A stretch of 63,718 bases of DNA, the filler included, from Craspedostauros australis (Eukaryota): NCBI GenBank assembly GCA_030167865.1. It is 5 parts of 5 records of this genome, joined end to end, with 100 filler letters (N's around TTAATTAATTAA, not from the genome) between each part and the next. Parts side by side here need not be neighbours in the genome. Positions count along the whole stretch, not along the records: positions 1 to 30,927 come from JALAGF010000312.1; positions 31,028 to 55,199 come from JALAGF010000318.1; 3 more parts are not named here. One strand, 5' to 3'. Positions 21,030 to 34,000 of the stretch are shown here, in pieces (position 1 is the first letter of the stretch; every line of letters starts with the position of its first letter). The notes beneath the pieces are model-generated. The model did not search any database. It had not been told where the DNA came from and was given only the letters and a program-made list of their open reading frames with translations. The position numbers and the translations under genes were made by a program.

Positions 21030-23853
21030 CTAGTCGCCGTTGTTGCCGCCTGGCGACGACGAACCGAACAGATCGGCAACGACATCAAGCTTCTGTCTCT
21101 TAACCAGAAGCTGTCGTAACAGCTCCCCCCGCAGGGAGGCGTCCATGCGCGGAGGTGGCTTGTTCCAAACGAAGTCCACCCCGCTGCGTAACAGCTTGGC
21201 GCGGTCTTCTTGCAGATGGGTGCTGGTGCCGATGAAGATGATGCCATCGTCCACGAACCCCAACTTGGAGATGGTCTGAATTAGTGCCGCTCCTGACACG
21301 AACTTCCAGCTGCCCCCTTCATGCTGGACAGGCGGATCGGCCTCCTTGGCATCGTCCTGATCCCCATCATGGTCATCTGGGCTGTACAGCTGTTCTCCAC
21401 GGACGCTGTGGTTGTCATGGTCGCCGTGGATGCTATCGTTGGGGCTTGCAGTGATACTGCCGCTCCTCTTGCGATGGAAGGTGGTCTTCAGGCGTTCTTC
21501 GACCAAGATCATGTCGAAGCGTTTGCCCGTGCCAAGGTGACGCAATGCATCTTCGCCAGATCTGGCCATCGCGAAGTTCACATGCGGAAGCAAGACCTGC
21601 AGGGCCTTGGCAAAGAGGGTCAGGCAGATGTCATGCGGATCGACCAGGAGGATGTTGCGAATCTCCTGGCGCAAGACGAGCTGAAAATGCTCGTTGGAGT
21701 GGAGGGCTCGTTCGGCAGTCATCTCATCTTCCGCTTCATCCAGCCTCAGCGCGAAGTGCGTGAACTGGAGTTTGCCGCGTGCGCGGTTTGGATTCTGCTG
21801 CGGACCGAAGAGCGATCCTAGTTTGGCAGGGGAGCATTTTGCGCCGGCCGGCCGCCGCGTCACGACCCTTCCCGTGCCGGTCGCCAGGTATTCGGTCTGC
21901 GCCATCTTCTCTCGTGCCATCAACAGCGCCAAGGCGCGCCGTTGGAATGTTTCAAGATCCGCGCAGGTGTACCATGTGACCTCCTTCTCCTCCTGGCCGC
22001 GTTCGAATTCGCGCACCCAGACTCTTGGATCGAAGGACACTGACTTGAAGGAGCGGATGGGTGGTTCGGAGACACTCCGTTGCAGCGGCGCGCCTTTTGG
22101 TACCGGCGGCACATAATCCATGGGGAAAGGTGCCGTCCGTCCGAAAGGAGTGAACCATCGCAAGGCAGCATCGAAGGGTCTCAGCTTGGGTTCGGCATGG
22201 AAGTTCTTGGTCGGCGGGATGTGCAGCTCGGACTGATTCGGCATGGCAACACGTGGCGTTGACGTTGAAGTTGCTGATCTTACTGTACTCATGCCAGCAG
22301 CAGTCGTGTGCTTAGCGACCTCGGCTGTTGCTGCCAACGCTGTTCTGGCCTTCCCAATCCTTGGTCGCCGCAGAATGGAGACGAGCTTCGGTTTGGTTCC
22401 TTGTGTCGCTGGTGATGCCGACTCACTGCCGGGAGACTTGTCAGTCGATCCCTTCGGTGGATCCATCACGATGCCCATGGACTTGTAGAATTGATTGTTG
22501 TCAATCGGTGCGATGATGGAACGACGCCTGGGACTTGACGGTGTTGATGGCGTGGTTGGAGGTCGTGGTGGAAGCTGATTTGTGCTCCCTGACATACCGG
22601 TACTCTTACGAGTACTCATGGTAGTACGACCCTGCACTTGTGCCGGAGAAGTGAAGCCGGCTGGAGAAGATATTGTCGATACTTCGGTGTGAGGAGGTTG
22701 CGATGATCCTTCGCCGGCTTGCCATACACGCCGGTCCGAAGAAGCAGAAGCAGACGATGACGAAGAGGGAGGGGTGGATGTCTGTGTAGACACGGAAGCA
22801 GCTGGATTGCCGACATCGTGAGCACGCATCTCCGTTGACTGCATGCCGCCACTTTCTGCCGTCGTTGTCACGATGGATTGACTTTGCTGATTAATCCCAC
22901 TTTTCTCCACGTACTTGAGCATTTTCTTGGCGGGATATTGTTCCTCGTTGAGTGTCGTAAGCGACCTGTTTGGTTCCGATATCAACGGATCGATTGTGCA
23001 TGTCAGGGGTATCCTTTGTCCGATGTTTGGCATGGACGACCGTGTGGCCCGTCTGCGTTGCTCCGTTCTGCCGTTGTTGTGGTCAAGGTTGGCTCCATTT
23101 TGTTGTGCTGCACCCGTGTCAACGCCAACGCCAACGCCTGCACTCGCACCCGCGCCTGCGGGCCTGGACAGATCAGGGACGGTGCATACATGTTCGATCT
23201 CTGCCACTGGAGCCGTCGCAGCAACCGATGCCCTGGGGCTGAGCCCCGGGAAGATGGTGCGCCTGGGAGACTTCGGAGACATCATTGAGCTCACCCTCCT
23301 GGTCCTCATGGGCGTGGGAGGCGGCAGGGGTTGGGCTTGCATGAGGTTCGGTTGCGAATTGGATCGTCCCGCCCCATTGGATGAAGCGGAAGAGGTTTCC
23401 GACCTCTCCGACAGCGACGACGGTGATACCAACGCCGAGAATCGCATGGTCTTGGAAATCCATGAGGATGCGGGTGCTGGTGGGACTGATGATGCAGGGA
23501 AGGGCGATGATGGTGCTATCTGCGCTGCTTTGCGATACGGTGGCATGATGGGAATCGCGATCTGCGCGTGTTCCGACATTGCGATCCGGCGATGCGCGCG
23601 AATTGGTTGGAAGCAGAGAGCGAGTACCAGGAAATGACGACGGTGTTGCAATGAGCTGAGCAAGGGCGTGTGAGTGGCGGCGTGGCGGGGCAGACCTGGA
23701 TGCAGGCGTATTCTGAGAGGGTGGATGGTAGACACAGCCACTCACACGGCTCCAGCTAGAATAGCAAGAGTCGTTGTCGAAGGCGGGAATGGTTGGTGCA
23801 TCCTCGTTGCATTTGTTGCCGCGAGTGCGTGATGGTTCCAAGCACTCCACCAT
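21030..23853 (-). CDS. Pseudo-response-regulator-like protein: S/P/T-rich N-terminus, KSVSF motif, C-terminal CheY-like receiver; probable exons 23853-23746 and 23561-21030
   Basis: Receiver pattern ILLVDPH...ARSGEDAL...FDMILVEE...SGAALI...IFIGTS...LLRSGVDFVWNKPP. A phase-0 GTGAGT...GCAG intron (23745-23562) joins a 36-codon first exon; an alternative start is ATG 23579. Confidence 0.78.
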
Positions 23854-24027
23854 GGAAGAACTCGGTCGCCATCTCACTTGCAAATCAGGCAAGGATACAG
23901 CACAAGCTGATGAACAATCACATTCACGCTCAAAGTCGATACAGAGTATAGTATAGTTTGTGACCTGCGCCATTGGGATGCGTCGAACTCACTTTGGTGT
24001 TCTTCCCGTTGCGCTTCTCTCAACTAA

Positions 24028-24053
24028 TGTTGTTGTTGTTGTTGTTGTTGTTG
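24028..24053. repeat. (TTG)8 / (CAA)8 microsatellite
   Basis: Read directly; lies in the presumed 5' leader of the pseudo-receiver gene. Confidence 0.85.
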
Positions 24054-25236
24054 CCGTTGCTGTTGTTGCTTTGGTTGTTGCTGTCGCTGGTGGTGTGATG
24101 ATGGCAAAGCCTTGGTGTCTGTGGAGCTCTGTGGGACTCTGTTGGTCTCTTCGCGGCGAAAAGCGAGCCTTGGGTGTTCACGATGGTTCTTCACACAGTG
24201 ATGGGTTGATGTGTGTGCTCGTGTTAAGGAGTGTCGATGACCCTCCTTCTGCAGTCGCTGTGGCAGCAGCAGTAGGCTTGGGTTGTTGTTGCTGCTGTCG
24301 CTGTTGCTCTCCGCTTCGATGTGGGTTGCCAGCGTCGTCTTGTGCCTGTCTCTCTGCTCAGCTCTTTGCCTGTGTGACTCTCTGTCTCTCTTCAACCCGA
24401 ACCACTCGGGCAGTAGTACTTATACTGCGTGGAGTACGCAAGGGTACGAGCTATGTCAAGTGACTCTATCCGTGCGACTATTCCTGCACCCTCTACTGTA
24501 CGGAATGGCTTGAGCAAGGTGAGTGGGAACGAGGAATGTTTCGGCACAAGATCGAAAGCACAGCACAAGCAGGTGGCATCCCGTAAACAAACGCCAAGAG
24601 GGATACTGGATGATAAATGGCGCGTGAAAAGGAGTTCGGACTGATTGGTACGACTTCGATCTACCTAATCATGCGCTGTGCGGTACGGATCTGCGGCTTC
24701 GTTTTCCTGGATTCACAACCACCCAAATCACACTGAAATTGACATCTCAGCAGACACCATTCTCCACAAGGCAGATCACATTCCGCGTGACGTCATCGAA
24801 CTGAAATACATAACCACTGTTGACTCATTGGGGCAGCTGTGACATTCTTCCGAGACGCAGAACAGACACACACAGTCTTGGTTGCGGACAGATGTTGCGA
24901 GCACTCCCTTCTCTCCTTCGAGTACAAATGCCGGATTCTGGATTGTTCTTTTTTGTTCGCGTTCGCTTCGTTTAACTGTCCGAGAATGTGTTGTTGCCTT
25001 TGTTGCAATAAACGGACAGTTTCACAACCATCATGATGTTTGTTTTCCAGTCGCCAGTCGTCATCATTTTTCGTTCTCACCTTTGTAATCAATGTAGTCG
25101 AGTGTTCTCGTTTCGATCATCGCTTTGTCTAGAAAAACGAAATTAGAGCTCATCACTGTGGTGCACGACTACGATCCCAAAATGCAAATCTCATCCCGAT
25201 GGCAGTCCCGACTTGCCCTCGTTGGATCGGCACCTG

Positions 25237-28200
25237 TCATCGTGTCTCAGGTTTGCACATCGAGCAACAATCGCACGTCACTGGGGGATCCGGGCCATCG
25301 CAGTCCGCACTGAGGAACTGGATGTCGGACTCAAGCACGCCGCGTTGCTCGCAGATGGCATCCGAGATGGTGCCGGTGAGCTTATTTCCCACCAAAGTGA
25401 GGCGCTCTTTTGAGATATGGTTTGGTTTGTTTGGTATTTGCAGAGGGTTGGTGTTGAGTGTGATCGAGCATGGACAGTTTTGCAGCTTGGGATTGGAGTC
25501 AGCACAAGTTCTCGTCAAGGATGGTACATAAAGTGCCTGTGCACCATTGCGAATAGAGTAGAGGACGGCTTCGTGCCTTGGCAATGAACAGCCGCGCAAC
25601 GGATGAAACAAGGTACCAGGCAACCAGGCAGCGAAGGAGCCGAGGAGACGGTTCTGCACTTACTCAGTGACAGCAATGTGTCGAATGCAACCGGGATCGG
25701 CCCAGAGAAGCGATTGTTGTCCAAGGCCAGTTGTTGGAGGCCGCTGAGATTACTGAATGACTCGGACAGGTTCCCATGAAAGCCAGCGCCCGAGACGTTG
25801 AAGACCACGAGTTCATTCAAATGGAACAGCGACGATGGGATCGTCCCACCCATTCCTGTGTGTCCAATGCTCAGCGTTTGCAGCTGCGATGCCACGTCGC
25901 CCACACTCTCTGGAATGACACCTGTGATATTCGGATTTTCGGAAACGTCTACTTCTTTCAGACCAGTGTTGTTGAACAGTGCTGCTGGGACTTCGCCAAC
26001 AAGACCCTCGGTATTGCTCAAGTCAAGGCTCTCTGTGCCATTTTTCAAAGCGAAGATTGTGGTGGGCGTTTTGGATGCATCATGTCGCAAAAGCATTACA
26101 GGGAACAAAGGAAAGGCGGGTGGGCGAGCGGGCATCAAAAGATCGATGAGCGAATGTATTCCGTGGGCGCCTGTTTGTGTGTGCACGGGCACTCGCACGC
26201 ATGCATGCGCGAGGAGCGCGTCTTTTGCAGTCCCGTGGCTGTCCTTGAGGCGCCATCGAAATGGATGCAGTCAAAACAAACGCAGGCTGAAGATATTCAT
26301 AAGACTTACGCAGGGTCGGGATGAGCCACACGCCATCAGGGATATCCCCGCGCAACCGATTTCCTCCCACCTGGAAGTCTCTCAGCTCCAGATTGCTAAC
26401 TTCCGGCGGAATGATGCCGGTCATCTGGTTCGATTGCACCTCGAAGACCCGTAGCTGTGGATTGTTCGTCAACAAGGACGAAGGGAAGGGGCCAGTGAGG
26501 CTGTTGTGGTTCAATCGCAGTACCTGCAATGATGACATGCGGTCCCATGACGATGGTATGGATCCTTGGAGGATATTATGTGGCGCGATGAATGAAGACA
26601 AGCCCGTCAGGAACGCTATCTCGAATGGCAACGATCCATCTAGCTGCATGCCCTCGTTGTTGATAGCGTCGGGCAATGCTGCGTGGACCATGCGAAGATG
26701 GTAAACGTGGTGGCGTGTTGTTTGTGTTCTCGGGAGAATGGTGAGTACGACTCGTAGTGTGGTAGAGCACAGTATTGGAGGAGTGCAGGAAATTGTCTCG
26801 CCTCGCCTCGCCTCGCCTCGTCGCGATCAGATCAAGAACAACGATATGATCTTGACGAGAGGGCGTGCCCAAACACAGGGCAACAACACAGCAGCACATC
26901 ATTGCGCAATATGCACCGTTGGGCATTACGGAGTCAGACTTACGGATGGAGATCCTTTGGATAGTGCTGGTCCCGTCTTGGCAAGTCACCCCGAGCCAGT
27001 CACATTCATCAATGTTAGGCTGTAGCCATCGCTCCCCCCTTCCATTCCCACTGCACGAGGTTGCAGTGCGCGAGCAAGTGAACCATTCGTCGCCCTTCGT
27101 CGCAAAGTAAAAGGTGGCGAGAGTAAATCGTTGCAGCAGTCGTTCGTCGACTTCAGTGCTTCCTTTCGTGATGATATCCTCCTCACTGACCCACAGCAGA
27201 GCTTGATATTGGGGGGTCGCCTTGGATTGCCCAAAGGCATCCTCATGCAGATCGTTGCTCTTGTATACCGATAGCAACATCTCAACGAGATCGCCGAATA
27301 CCTCGGTTGTCGGAGCGTTGGTGGGAGGATCTATGCTGGTGGCGGTTGGTGTGGGCGTTATGCCGGACTGGGATCTATCGTCTTCAATGTTGCTTTTGCT
27401 ATCGCCGCCCACTTGCGTGACCACAATTGCAACGACGATAACAATTAAGACGACTGCCACAGCGATGTAGCAAAGCAACCTCTTCATCCTTTCACGTCTG
27501 TATCGCTTGAGATGTTCCTCATCCACGACGACTGCGCTTGTTGCTGCGATGACTGTATCCGCTACAAACGCTTCGATGCCGGTGTCCGGAGATGGAGAAC
27601 TCTCTGGTGGATTTGGTGGCCTTGATGACTCCGGATCGACGATTGATGACGGCCCATTGGAGGCAGTGTTGGCATCGCCGCGATCTGAGCCGCTTTGAAA
27701 GTCCTCCCTGTGTCCATATTGGGAGTTCATGGCCGCTTCAGGCGACATCTGTCGGTCCGTACCAGTAGGTGGGTGCGAATAATATCGATCCTGACTTAGT
27801 TCCTGCAACGCCGACAGCGAATTGATCAACTGGCCACCCTCCATGTCTGTTGCTTGGGTATGGCCAGCACCATGCTGATGTTGGACAATTATTCCGTCAA
27901 AACTGCGGAGTGCATTTCGAGGAAAACCTTCTGCGGAGGGCGTGCCGAAGCCAGGGCTGTTTCCCGCAGCGCGGAGTGCTGCGGTATCAGACGAGGACAT
28001 CTCTGATGGAGACATCGCACCGGGGGTTCGTCCTCCGCTGGATGGGGATGTTGCTTGCTGATACTTGGAGTGTAACTCCTGTTCCATGCGATTGAGGTCA
28101 TTGTACTGTCTGGGACTTGCAGCGGCACCAGTCTGGGGAGCATGCTGGTACTGTCCATGCGCATTCGAGGCACGCCCGTGCGACGCTGGATTGTTGGTCA

Positions 28201-29965
28201 AGGGATGAGCCGCAACGGCAGTGCGGTCTTCGGCGATGATCTTGGTTGTCAGCTGCTGCTCAAGATGCTGCAACGATGCTTCGGCACGTTCGTTCGCAGC
28301 GTGCGACGGGATCGCACCAGGCAGGGTTGCTGCATGGGTCATTGGCGTGCCGCTTGCGCGTGACTTGACCAGCACATCACTCTCGAGCTGCTGAAGCCTG
28401 TTTGCGGACTGCGGACTAACCGCATTCATGGCTCTGGATTTGACCATGACGTCTTGCTCCAAGCGAAGCATTGAGCTGTCGTTGACGTGGGCACTGTTGG
28501 CGGTATTAGCAGTGGTGGCGTAGTTGTGAGGAGTAACGGCGGCTGCTCCTGGATACGGATGCGATGGAGCAGATAGGTTTGCCATGTTTTTGGCAATGAC
28601 ATCGTCCTCGAGTTGCATCAAGCTGCGTCCAGCAGGTTTGGAGATGGGGTTGGTAAACGAAGGACGCATCGGTGTTGCTGTTGCTGCCGCCGCTGCTGCT
28701 GTGCCTTGGATATCATTTGATGAAGTATCGCTCGAGCCAGGAGGCGGATCCTTTCGTCGATTGGAAGCGGCAGCAGGAACAACGAAGACGCCGGGCTTGC
28801 CACCCACATCTTGTTCCATTTGTTGAAGCGAGGCGGTTGGACCGGCCACCGAGACTGCACCGGGGAAAACTGCTTGAGCGCCAGGTGCTGCTGCGGATCC
28901 ATCGGTATTGGCGTCTGCGTTTGTGTCTTTTCCTGTATTTCCACTTGCGCTGATGTTCGCGGATGGCATACTCGTGCGTGCGTGAGCTACGCTTGGCGAA
29001 TACTTGGAAACGAGGTCACGTTCGAGCTGCGATAGGTTGTGATTTGCAGCCGCGTGGTTGGAAACCGCTTGGCCCGACTTTGAGTTGTCTGCAGTTGCTC
29101 GAAATGCGCCCGGCATCGAGGCGGGTGACCGTGCGATGGTTGCTTCGCCGTCATCTTTTCCGAACTTTAGCTTGGACAGCATATCTTGCTCGATATTCTG
29201 CTGCGAGGGATTTGCACCCGGCGCTCGAGATTGGGCGCCGGTTCCCTGCGACACCCGTCGATGGTTGTGAATAGTGGAGGAGCCAGTTCCAGAAACTGCC
29301 ACCGCACCTGGACGGACTGCACCATCAGAGGCTGGCCGCACGTTGACTTTAGCCATGACATCGCGTTCCAACATGGCGTAGCTCGATGGCATGCGAGCCT
29401 CAGTTGTTGCGTTCGTGCTTGTGTTTGCTTTTGCGTTTGTTGCTGACGATGGTGGTACCGACGATGTCACTGGTGGCTGCTGGGATGGTACGTCAATCGA
29501 CTTGGCCCTCAGATCCTGCTCTAGCTGACTGAGAGACGACGGACCCGCGACTGCAACTGCGCCAGGAACAACGGCATTCTGAGAAGCTTGCCCAGGTGGC
29601 AAGTCAAGCGCCTTGGCTCGCAGATCTTGCTCCAAGGATCCGAGTGCAGGTGGCATGGACAATGCCGGGACTGGAGCTAGTACATTCGTGGAGACTGGAC
29701 GATAGTCTTCAATCTCATCCACATGTGCGGCTTCCGAAGTTGTTTCCTGGACAACCTCGCTGGCAGCAGCAGCCTCTTCCTGCTCGAAAACTATCTCGTG
29801 TTCCTGCTGATGACCGCGTGGATTGGCATCGACAAGAGCCTCGCTCGTATTGTCACGATCTGCACTTTGATTGTGAGCGGTGGCAGGCACCTCCGTGAAT
29901 GATAGTGGGTGCTGCTCCTCATTGTGCCCATCTGCGATGCGGTCTTCCCCATCAAGGTCGCTCAT
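25237..29965 (-). CDS. Type II membrane leucine-rich-repeat receptor-like protein (diatom type); exons 29965-26944, 26678-26310, 26032-25664, 25406-25237 (~1309 aa)
   Basis: Basic stretch KRYRRERMKR then TM helix LLCYIAVAVVLIVIVVAIVV. Cap motifs PQYQALLWV, QRFTLATFYFAT, ECDWLGVTC; plant-type LRRs (LxxLxLxxNxLxGxIP); C-terminal ADC...CDCCSMC. Three phase-1 GTAAGT...AG introns join the four frames. Confidence 0.88.
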
Positions 29966-30653
29966 GTTGTCCGTGTTTGCTCGCTTTCGCGACTGAGTAT
30001 TAGTATGGCAGTGCTTGCACCTGAACACTTCGGTGGGCCTCCGTGGTTATATTTATATTGGTATTTGTGTTGGTACTCCTATTGGTGCTGCTATTGGTAC
30101 TACTATTGATATCGGTATGGCAGAGGAGGTGATGTCGGAGGCACTTCCGAAGTTGGAGTCCAGAACACTGCTCTGTGCTGGTGCGATCGTTTGGTTAGTC
30201 TTCGGTATCTGTCGTCAACGTCAACGTCAATGTCCTCGCATAGTATTCATCAGGATGCACATTGGCATGACGTGAAGACGGAGATCAAGGACCAAGAGAG
30301 TTCGGCACCTCAACACCTCAGATGCTGAATGCCCGTCTTGTGCAAAGATCCCGCCATGGCCGCCACACTGACACATCGCAGGACGCGCGAACCACACGAA
30401 CGCGAAATGAATGGACTGATCGTGTCGAATCCAGTCGTCTGTCTCTTGTCGCTCGGGAAGCGCGGTAAATACGTTTTCGGCGTCGTTTTCCGATGGGACT
30501 CCATTGGTAGTCCAAGCAGTCATCGTATAACATATTCACAATCTAGAAGGTACTCCCATAGACAGTTCATCGACGTAGTGTGAACATGGTATTACGGTTG
30601 GTCACTAGTTATGTTATGTTGGTTGTTCGTGCTGCATGGGACTCACTCCAGTC

Positions 30654-30927
30654 TTACTCAGTCTCTGTGGTTTCGCCCTCCTTGGTGTCGGGGTTCTCCG
30701 GTGGTGCGTCGACCTGCTCGGTCTTGGGGCTCACCGGCGGCCAGTAGTACTCCTCCTCCTCGTCGTCGTCCGACTCGCAGTCAATCTTAATCAACTCAGC
30801 AACACGAATCCTGCGAATGACTGTGGCGCAACGCTGAGTGCTCGCGCTGGAGACAACAGCGGAAGGCACCACGACGGGGTCAGGAATATCAGCGCGACGA
30901 GCACGTCTGCGAGCAGCAGCGCGGCGG
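30654..30927 (-). CDS. Possible C-terminal fragment of an unknown ORF truncated by the contig end
   Basis: Frame is open from the linker to a stop at 30654 (RRAAARRRARRADIPDP...CESDDDEEEEYYWPP...). Coding-like composition but no recognisable family. Confidence 0.3.
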
Positions 30928-31027
30928 NNNNNNNNNNNNNNNNNNNNNNNNNNNNNNNNNNNNNNNNNNNNTTAATTAATTAANNNNNNNNNNNNNNNNN
31001 NNNNNNNNNNNNNNNNNNNNNNNNNNN
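30928..31027. other. Artificial contig linker (N44-TTAATTAATTAA-N44)
   Basis: 100-nt N run with a central six-frame stop cassette, repeated identically four times in the window. Confidence 0.97.
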
Positions 31028-34000
31028 CACGTGGCGATATGCGACGGACGCAGAGACGCCAGCCAAGCTGATGATGAAGGGGACTACGGGAGTACCGCAA
31101 GCGATGCCAAGGAGCGGAAGCGAGCAAGCATTCGAAACATTAGGTGTGAAGCTCGCGCCCGATGGCAACGGGTCGGCGATAGAGGCCACACTACGAAGCA
31201 AGGCGGAGAAGTGGGTTGAGAATGTGAAGTCGTGGCGTATGCGACAGGAAGATGCGGAGACGGCGATACGGACAGTTCTGATGAAAAAGCTGGAATATGT
31301 GCTGCCAGTGGCACAACTATCGAGGGAACAATGCAACAGGATTATGAAGCCAGTCTGGAAGACGATGATGTCAAAGATTGGTCTCAACCGGGGGTTTCCA
31401 AGGGAAATGGCCTACGCGACGGACGAGTGGCTAGGGGCGAATCTTCACGAGCTTCACACCACACAAGTGGTGGAACATATGAAGATGATGCTCGAGCACG
31501 GCAACAGAGCGACCATGACAGGCAAACTGATGCGGGGATGCATACAAGCGATGAAGACGGAGGTCGGGGCCGGAGCGTCCATGTTCGAAGTCAAGTACAA
31601 CGAATGGGAATTCCTGGCTACGGCATGCTGGGCAAAAACGGTGTGGCGCGAGGCCAATGAATGCAATATCCGGATCCGAGAGAAGACCGAGACAGCAGCA
31701 CTCATCCACGACAAGGATGAGTGGCTATCGGTGGCATTCCAAGCAGCAGGATATAGCCGGGCCCAACGATCTCGACTGAACAGATGCCGAATGATCATGA
31801 AAGTGGTCAGCGTGGCGGATGTGGTGGACGAGAAGCACGGTGGAGTCGTGGCGCACCAAAGGATCTGCGATGAAGGCACATGGCGAGGACGGCAACATGT
31901 CAGCTGGCCAAGGCAGGGCAACGTCCCCAAGAAGGACTGGGCGCTGTGGAGGCAGGCGTTACGAAAAGTGGCGAAGACAGCACGGACGAGTACGGCATGG
32001 GACGTGGACCAAGTAAGCGCCATGATGAGCGACAATCGCAAGGTGATATGGCTCCGAGAGAACGTGCGAGAATGGAGACAGTGGGGTGCTAAAGCAGGAG
32101 CGGTGCCGGGCATGGAAGAGTACGCAGGCACGACGAATGTGACGAAGGACCCGCCGACAGATTGGAGAGGGGTCCACGTGCGAGAGCGAGGAGGTTGCTT
32201 ACGAGTGGTAGGAATCGGGGGAAGAGTGCGGAAGCACAGGACAAAAAGCCGCACGAATTCAAGGCATGCGGAGAAGCTGTGGCTGGAGGCAGTGGTACAA
32301 GGGAAGGCAGTGGTGAGCACTGACGGGTCGTTCAAGAACGGCAGGAGTACTGCGGCGTACTCGCTCAACGTGCGAGGGCGGCGGAAAGGCAGAGTGTCAG
32401 CAGCAGGACCAGTGCCGGGCCGGGCCGAAGTGCAGAGCGCCTATCGCGCAGAACTTGGTGGCATTGTGCAGGCTCTTCGCAAAGTGGAAGACATCATTCA
32501 ACGCCACGACATGAAGCACGCAGTGACGGGGAAGGTCATCGTGGTCGCTTGCGACAATAAGATGGCTGGAATCCACGCGGTGCAGTACACGCGGGACGTC
32601 AGCACGGCAGTGCAGCACTTTGACGTCATTCGCGAGATACGACGAATTCAAAGGCGGCTGACGGTGACTTTAGAGTATCGGCATGTGTACGGCCATCAGC
32701 TGGAGCGAGACCGAGGAGTGGCGAGGGACGAGTTTGCAGAATGGAATGACGACGTTGACAAGGCGGCGGGGGCAGCACATTCGGCTGATATAGAGTATGC
32801 CGACGAAGAGGGATACGAGGCCGAGTGGGCGATATGGCTCGACGACAGGAAGGTCTGCACGAATGCCACGGCGATGATTCGCAAGTATGTCCAAGGACAA
32901 AGGACAGTGCAGTGGCAGCGCAAGGTGGGCCGGATCCAGAAGGGCGAAGCGAAGAAGGTAGATGTCACAGCGGCTGCAATCGCGATGGCCTACCTGAAGC
33001 CAGCACGCCGGAAATGGGTGGCGAAGCATGCGTGCAGTTTTGGGCCAGTCGGGCGCAACATGCGGAAGTGGAAGTTCTGGAGCGGCGACAGGTGCCCAAT
33101 ATGCAAAGACCAGGAGGAGACCACGGAGCATGTCATGCAGTGCCAGCATCCGTTGGCGGTGTCAGTGCGACGAACGGCGATGAAGGAGTGGGAAACTGAG
33201 ATGATGGCAGCACGAGGAGACGGCCTGATGGTTAGAGCAATGGTGAAGCAAGTCGGGGCGTGGAGCGAGGGACGGGAAGTCCAAATGGAGGCGGGTTATC
33301 AGCTGCAACAGGCGATGGCGGAACAGCAAGAAATAGGGTGGGGAATGATGGTACGAGGCCGATGGTCCGCGAGGTGGCAACGAATCCAGGAAAGCACAAT
33401 GGAGATCAGTGGCCAACCGGGACGCCCGGCAAATTGGATCGCAANNGCAATGGTGGGTTTGTGGGAAGTGCGATGGAAGGCGTGGATGGCACGCAACAAG
33501 GTGCTCCATGACAGCGAACAGGCAGCCACGGCGGCTGTGATATGGCGGGAGGCCGCGATAGCAGTCCGAGAAGAGTGGCGACAAGGAGTACAAGGGATCG
33601 GTGGTGATGACGCTCGCCTGCTGACTCACACAACGGAGGCAGCGGTACGAGCGCAATCGGCGGAGAACCAGATGTTGTGGGTGCGGCATGTACGGGCGGC
33701 CAGGCAAGCAGGGTTGCGGCGACGTGCACTCGCCCACACCCCACGACATCACAAGCGGAAAGGCGGCGGAGCAAGGCAGGATGCGACAGGTCGCAGGGCC
33801 CGGCGACGACGACTTTCGTGACAACAGAAAAATGAGTGTGAAGTGCGCCACAGTGACAGCTGGGTGCCCAGTGCGGTATGTTTGATGGCCCGTGGAGTTG
33901 ACAAGCCATGGTATACCAAGATGTGAGGGATCTAGGTAGGTCGTTCGAGCGCAGTCGGCCCGTGAGGGCTCGCTGTATGCCGGCGACGTTAAAGCTTTCG

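Noticed and set aside
24024..24395. Gln-rich 123-aa ORF
   Set aside because: Explained by CAA/CAG microsatellites in a probable 5' leader.
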